From Deferribacterales bacterium (GTDB lineage Bacteria; Chrysiogenota; Deferribacteres; Deferribacterales; Geovibrionaceae), in assembly GCA_050253335.1 (NCBI GenBank), contig JBFWJG010000011.1, forward strand, positions 1 to 49,807: DNA of 49,807 nt, read 5' to 3'. The notes under the pieces were generated by a model. That model was not told the DNA's origin and searched no databases. It worked only from the letters and a program-made list of their open reading frames with translations. Below, piece by piece: positions 45,243 to 49,807 of the stretch (within the stretch, counting starts at the first letter, position 1; each line of letters begins with the position of its first letter). Made by a program: the position numbers and the translations under genes.

Positions 45243-46034
45243 TTAGTCGTTTACGCCGATAATAACTGATGACGCCTTGAAAGCGCCTGATATTCTGCTG
45301 CCTTTCTCAAGGCCGAGCGCGGCTAGTGATTCTTTGGTGATTACGCCTGTCAGCTCGCTTCCGCCTTCAAGCTTGATTGTTACGAAGGCATTGACTTCAC
45401 CTGCGTCAAGCTCTTCCACTGAGCCTGTGAGGAAGTTTCTCACACTGAGCTTATCCTTAACGGACGGGTCGGCAATTATTACTGAGGAAGCCTTTATCAT
45501 GGCGAAAGCCTCGCCTCCGGCTTTAAGCCCTAGTCTTTCCACACTTGATTTTGTGATTGTGGCGGCTATTTCGTCTCCGCCCTTTATTGACAGAACAATC
45601 TCTGCGCTGACCTTACCGAGATTAATCTCTTTGACCTTGCCGAAATACTGGTTTCTCACACTTGTTTTCACATTCAGCCTCCGGAGTGCTGTCAGGAGTT
45701 CATCCAGATCGTGGATGCTCTCCTGAATCTCAGACATGATATTACCCAGCTTCCCGTTAACGAGATCGTATGAAGTGATGAGCTTCCGGGCATAAGGGCT
45801 CAGTTCAGCTCCGCCGCCGCCTGTGCCGCCTGTTTTTTTGAGAACAAGCGGGCTCTCGCTCACTTCGTTCATAACATGGATGGCATCCCACGCAGCCTTG
45901 TAGCTCAGTCCCACATGCTTTGCCGCCTGCGAGATAGAACCTGTCTCGGCGACAGCTTTAAGAAGGTTTATCCTGCCTGCGCTGATAAAGAAATTATCTG
46001 CGGCGTCAAACCCTAATTCGCCTTTAATCTTCAT
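45243..46034 (-). CDS. modE: Molybdate-responsive transcription factor ModE (wHTH plus two TOBE domains)
   Basis: 'GSISQAAK..GLSYKAAWD', 'GGTGGGGA.L', 'KTSVRNQ', 'LSVRN', two 'KASSVI' Mop motifs. Confidence 0.95.
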   Translation of the reverse strand: MKIKGELGFDAADNFFISAGRINLLKAVAETGSISQAAKHVGLSYKAAWDAIHVMNEVSESPLVLKKTGGTGGGGAELSPYARKLITSYDLVNGKLGNIMSEIQESIHDLDELLTALRRLNVKTSVRNQYFGKVKEINLGKVSAEIVLSIKGGDEIAATITKSSVERLGLKAGGEAFAMIKASSVIIADPSVKDKLSVRNFLTGSVEELDAGEVNAFVTIKLEGGSELTGVITKESLAALGLEKGSRISGAFKASSVIIGVND

Positions 46035-46043
46035 ACAAAGCAC

Positions 46044-46076
46044 CGTTATATAGCTTGGTATATAACGTTATATACC
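46044..46076. promoter_or_regulatory. ModE binding site (autoregulation) overlapping the -10
   Basis: CGTTATATA-N6-TATATAACG at 46044-46067 plus an extra half-site; promoter TTGACA-N17-TATAAC on the minus strand (46095-46067). Confidence 0.85.
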
Positions 46077-46142
46077 CTAAATATCTGTGTGTCAATACTC
46101 CGTTCGGTATCTGAATGTTTTTGACGGCACTTAAAAAACATT

Positions 46143-46180
46143 ATCCGGATACCCCGCAAACTGCCGCGGAATATCCGGAT
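46143..46180. other. Inverted repeat after elbB (possible terminator or processing hairpin)
   Basis: ATCCGGATA...CCGC-loop-GCGG...TATCCGGAT. Confidence 0.5.
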
Positions 46181-46235
46181 TCATCGCTTTGTCCATACCT
46201 GTCTGAAACATGCCAGCCGTCGAACAGCGGCCTTT

Positions 46236-46898
46236 TTATATCATAGCCAGAAGTTTTTTCACCGTTTTTTCGATCCCTTCGGCGACTTCCGGTATGCTCT
46301 GCCCCAGCATGTACGCCGGGGAGGTTACTATTTTGTTTTTTTCATCCGCCACAAAGTCCTTCACAGGGCAGTTCACATGGGCTGTTCCCAGTGCTTCCAC
46401 AGCCTTGGCAGTGCCTGCATCGTCTCCAATTGTCACGGATGTTTTCACCCCTGTTCCCTCAAGGGCTTTGGCGATTATCACCGGAGCAATGCACACCGCG
46501 CCGAGAGGCTTTTTAGCCAGAACAGTTTCACGGACTATGCGGAGAACATCGCTGTTAATGCCGCAGTCAGCGCCTTTCAGGGCAAAATCCGTCAGGTTTT
46601 TTGCCGCTCCGAACCCGCCGGGGAAAATCAGCGCGTCAAAATCGCTCACTTTAACATCGGCAAGGTTTTTTATATTGCCTCTGGCTATGCGCGAGGACTC
46701 GGTGAGAACATTTCTCTTCTCTCCGGCGGATACTTCGCCCTTGAGATGATCTACCACATGAAGCTGCTCAATATCAGGAGCCATGCAGATTGTCTCCGCT
46801 CCGTTCTTCTGGAGAAAATAGAGCGTGAGAACGGCCTCATGTATCTCGGCTCCGTCAAAAACTCCGCAGCCGCTTAAAACAACTCCGACCTTCGGCAT
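46236..46898 (-). CDS. elbB: Glyoxalase ElbB (DJ-1/PfpI family)
   Basis: 'VVLSGCGVFDGAEIHE', 'ESSRIARG', 'PGGFGAAKNL', 'CIAP', 'SPAYM'. Confidence 0.96.
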   Translation of the reverse strand: MPKVGVVLSGCGVFDGAEIHEAVLTLYFLQKNGAETICMAPDIEQLHVVDHLKGEVSAGEKRNVLTESSRIARGNIKNLADVKVSDFDALIFPGGFGAAKNLTDFALKGADCGINSDVLRIVRETVLAKKPLGAVCIAPVIIAKALEGTGVKTSVTIGDDAGTAKAVEALGTAHVNCPVKDFVADEKNKIVTSPAYMLGQSIPEVAEGIEKTVKKLLAMI

Positions 46899-46974
46899 AT
46901 AACCTCCTTAATCTGATAATTCAAAATTTGCCATCCATGGAACCATGGAACCGTGTAGACAAATTTTAACCGCC

Positions 46975-48342
46975 TTAATCCTGTTTTTCAAGTGAACGGG
47001 CGATTGATTCGGTTATTTCAAGGCTTCTGCGTGTGCAGTCGTTCAGGGCTATGCCGTGCAGGACGTTTCCGCCCACGTAAACACCGCCGATCCTTCCGCA
47101 GATGGATTCGACAGCCTTAACCTTTTCGGCGTGGCCGGGGTAATACTGCGGGATGGCTTTGTCCCAGCGGAAATGTTTATGGTGAACGGGTTTTGCGGTT
47201 ATTCCCAGAGTGTCCTTAATCTGGTCATATGCTATGTCCACAAGCTCCTCATCGGTCTTGGCCATGAGCGATCTGCCCAAGTCAGTATCTCCGCCCATGA
47301 TTACCCTGACGAGTTTTTTATCCTTGGGTCTTCTGGAGGGGAATATGGAGGAGGTGAAAAGCGCGCCGAGAATCTTTTTATTTTCAAGTTTGGGAATGAG
47401 ATAGCCGAAGCCGTCCAGTTCGTCCTTAACATCAGCCTCATTAAAGCCGAGCCCAGCTACAAATGCCGGAGAATAAGGTATTCCCGCCATTATTTCAGCC
47501 AGTTCCTTATCAAGCGTGCTGAAAAACTTTGCCGCCTCATAAGCCGGAGCGGCGGAGACTACATTATCAAAGTAGTATTCGCCTTTGGAGGTGACAAGCC
47601 TGAACCCGTTTTCGCCCTTATGCACTTCGTTGACGGTGCAGTCCTTGATTATCTCAACTCCGGCGCACTTCTCCTCAAGGTCGTTTACGCCCTGCATGAG
47701 TCCGCCTATGTATGATGTAAGCACGCCGCCGGGGCCTGCGGGGCCGCTTTTCTTCTTAGGTTTTTTGAGCATCCCCTTAAAGAGTCCGCCGTATTTTGAT
47801 TCAAGCTCGCAGATAACCGGAAAAGCGGATTTAAGGCTGAGCTTCGCCGCATCCCCTGCAAAAACACCGGAAACCATCGGCGCGATCATATAATCCGCCG
47901 CTTCCTGTCCGAGCCTGCGTATGGCAAATTCCTGAACAGTTTCATCATGGTCGTCCTTCTTCTGGGGAACAAGAAGCTCGCCCATCAGCCTGATTTTGCC
48001 TTTGAAGCTGATCAGGTCGGTCTTGAAGAATGCCGGAGCGCTTTCGGGAACCCTTATAAGCCTGCCGTAGCGCATGATAAAGCGCTTGCGGGCGGCATCA
48101 TTGCTTCTCAGAAGATTTCCGCCGAGACCTGCATCCTCAAAAAGCTGCACAGTGTGCGGTTTGCTGTCCAGAAAGCCGTTCGGGCCTGCTTCGATTGTAA
48201 ATCCGTTTTCACTAGCTGTTCCTATGCAGCCGCCGAGCCTGTCATCCTTTTCAAAAAGTGTGACAGAAACCCCTTCCACGCGTGAAAGCCAGAAAGCCGC
48301 GGACAAGCCCGCTATTCCTCCGCCGATAATACCTACTTTCAT
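46975..48342 (-). CDS. hemG: Protoporphyrinogen/coproporphyrinogen oxidase (HemY/HemG type)
   Basis: 'IIGGGIAGL', 'EAGPNGF', 'SGVFAGD...LS', 'GFGYLIP', 'FPSR.P', 'RW..AIPQY..GH'. Confidence 0.95.
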   Translation of the reverse strand: MKVGIIGGGIAGLSAAFWLSRVEGVSVTLFEKDDRLGGCIGTASENGFTIEAGPNGFLDSKPHTVQLFEDAGLGGNLLRSNDAARKRFIMRYGRLIRVPESAPAFFKTDLISFKGKIRLMGELLVPQKKDDHDETVQEFAIRRLGQEAADYMIAPMVSGVFAGDAAKLSLKSAFPVICELESKYGGLFKGMLKKPKKKSGPAGPGGVLTSYIGGLMQGVNDLEEKCAGVEIIKDCTVNEVHKGENGFRLVTSKGEYYFDNVVSAAPAYEAAKFFSTLDKELAEIMAGIPYSPAFVAGLGFNEADVKDELDGFGYLIPKLENKKILGALFTSSIFPSRRPKDKKLVRVIMGGDTDLGRSLMAKTDEELVDIAYDQIKDTLGITAKPVHHKHFRWDKAIPQYYPGHAEKVKAVESICGRIGGVYVGGNVLHGIALNDCTRRSLEITESIARSLEKQD

Positions 48343-48364
48343 AAATAAACCTTCCTTTTTTTAC

Positions 48365-49525
48365 CTAAAAACAGCCGCCGAATATCTCCGAAGATCTGTT
48401 AACAGGCACTATTGCCTTGCTGATACTGCCGTATGAATCTATCAGACGGCATATACCTTCAAGCTCTCCGCGGTCTACGCCGCTTTTATCAGCCCATGAA
48501 ACCCTCTGGAGCTTCATGAGTATTCTTTCTTTTTCATCAACACTGTTAACAAGGTTCTGAAGCATCATTTCCACATACTCTTTTGCGCCTTCATAATCCA
48601 GCTTCATCTCCCTTGCTATCTGATCGTGGTAGCTCATCACCGCCAGATAGTCAAACCCCGCTTCCAGAAGCATATCCACCGACTGGGAATACCAGCTTAT
48701 CCCCTTCATGGAATCTGCAGGAGTTTCATAGTATATATTCGCGGCAAAACGCACCGACGGATTGCGCACCAGAACAGCCTGCCTCAGTTCTCGGAAGAAA
48801 TCCGCCATTTTCTGTGCTTTCCAGTGTGCCCATGGAATATATGTATCGTTGCAGCCGCCGGGAACCTTAGTGCGGTTTTCCCTTTCAAGACAGCCGAAAA
48901 GATCGCCAGAGGTGAGCATAACTCCTGTGTCCATGTAATAGGCATGCAGGGCGGACAGGCTTGCCCCTTCCCTGTGGCGCATTATGAAATCATCCTGAAA
49001 GAGGATTCCGTCTATGTCGTATGCAGCCAGATCCTCAAAAAGGCGCACGAGCTTCCGCCTCACTGCGGACATGAAAATACTCGCGCCGTAGCCCTCACCC
49101 GTGCCCTGACCGTCTGCGAAGGTTTTTTCCATAAGGAGTGGAGTCTTGAGGAAAGAGAGAGTGCGCGTAGCCATCCATGCGTAAAGCTTTATGCCTCTTT
49201 TGTGCGCCTCTTCTATCATCACGGGGAGGAGATCATCCACAACGCATGCTTCATCAGTCTGAAAATAAACACCTGTTGTGCATTCGCTGTTTTTGAGGAA
49301 GTGGTATCTGTCTGAGGAGTTATGGAAGACACGGAAGAAAACAGTGTTGCCCCCCTGCTTCTTCACCTCATCAAAGAACCTGCCGGGGTTTTTCTCATAA
49401 GCGGGGTCAAGCACGAACACCTGAACACCGTTGAGAAGCGGGCGGGTCTTCTCCAGGAGAGTAACGGAGCCGGCATAAAGGTACGCCGGCAGAAGAAATG
49501 TTATAAGCAGTATTATCCGCTTCAT
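48365..49525 (-). CDS. Stand-alone PgaB C-terminal-like glycoside hydrolase (GH153/GHL13)
   Basis: Signal peptide, 'NTVFFRVF', 'VYF', 'LYAWM', 'LFEDLAAY.IDGILFQDD', 'WYSQ', 'DYLAVMSY'; no deacetylase domain. Confidence 0.75.
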   Translation of the reverse strand: MKRIILLITFLLPAYLYAGSVTLLEKTRPLLNGVQVFVLDPAYEKNPGRFFDEVKKQGGNTVFFRVFHNSSDRYHFLKNSECTTGVYFQTDEACVVDDLLPVMIEEAHKRGIKLYAWMATRTLSFLKTPLLMEKTFADGQGTGEGYGASIFMSAVRRKLVRLFEDLAAYDIDGILFQDDFIMRHREGASLSALHAYYMDTGVMLTSGDLFGCLERENRTKVPGGCNDTYIPWAHWKAQKMADFFRELRQAVLVRNPSVRFAANIYYETPADSMKGISWYSQSVDMLLEAGFDYLAVMSYHDQIAREMKLDYEGAKEYVEMMLQNLVNSVDEKERILMKLQRVSWADKSGVDRGELEGICRLIDSYGSISKAIVPVNRSSEIFGGCF

Positions 49526-49807
49526 AGTTCCGATTTTACGATTATGGGTTCAAAGCGGTATTTCGCCTTTATGTCATCCCGTTTTTTCTGCGCTTCCGCA
49601 TAGGTTGCGCTGGGCGAGCAGCGGAGCCTGTACCAGATCCCCTTTGCTCCCAGATCTATTCTAACATAATAAATATCGGGAAAATTCTTTTTCAGCTTAT
49701 TAAGCTCGGCTTTCGCAGTCGCCTCATCCTTGTAGGCGGCAAGCTGGAGAACATAAGCGCCCTTCGCGGGGGCTTTCGGGGTTTCCTTCACAGCCGTTTT
49801 GGGTTCA
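49522..49807 (-). CDS. SPOR-domain protein (C-terminal part; gene starts beyond the window)
   Basis: 'YVLQLAAYKDEATA....KLK....GIWYRLR'; the frame stays open to the window edge; stop overlaps the GH153 start (ATGA). Confidence 0.88.
   Translation of the reverse strand, partial: EPKTAVKETPKAPAKGAYVLQLAAYKDEATAKAELNKLKKNFPDIYYVRIDLGAKGIWYRLRCSPSATYAEAQKKRDDIKAKYRFEPIIVKSEL

Overview
A gene-dense bacterial chromosomal window of mostly housekeeping and envelope genes. Gene content and arrangement suggest an anaerobic Gram-negative such as a Deferribacterota member, but this is inference only. In order it holds: an MCP, several lipoproteins and small sigma28/sigma54-driven genes, a GT9 heptosyltransferase, addBA, a DUF77 gene and an orphan DUF6731/DUF4747-like gene, a wzx plus KpsS-like pair, a cNMP-CBS-DUF294 nucleotidyltransferase divergent from DUF485-actP, a GDPD, a divergent biotin cluster (bioD, bioA / bioF, esterase, bioC), def, an 11-gene Mrp/Mnh antiporter operon with three MrpD/A-type subunits, a diguanylate cyclase, and a long minus-strand run (SPOR, PgaB-like GH153, hemG, elbB, modE, surE, micro-lipoprotein, TPR, exbB, exbD, tonB-like, MidA-like). 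I found no rRNA, tRNA, CRISPR array, transposase or integrase. The most notable non-coding signals are: (i) a modular palindromic repeat family with fixed motifs but exchanged stem sequences (17411-17489, a 166-bp direct duplication at 41061-41418, and a possible remnant at 46923); (ii) two candidate structured ncRNAs (3234-3351 and 12346-12467, both minus strand); (iii) apparently leaderless genes, including both divergent bio genes; (iv) a clear ModE box, GntR-type operators, three sigma54 and three sigma28 promoters; (v) three small proteins missing from the ORF track.
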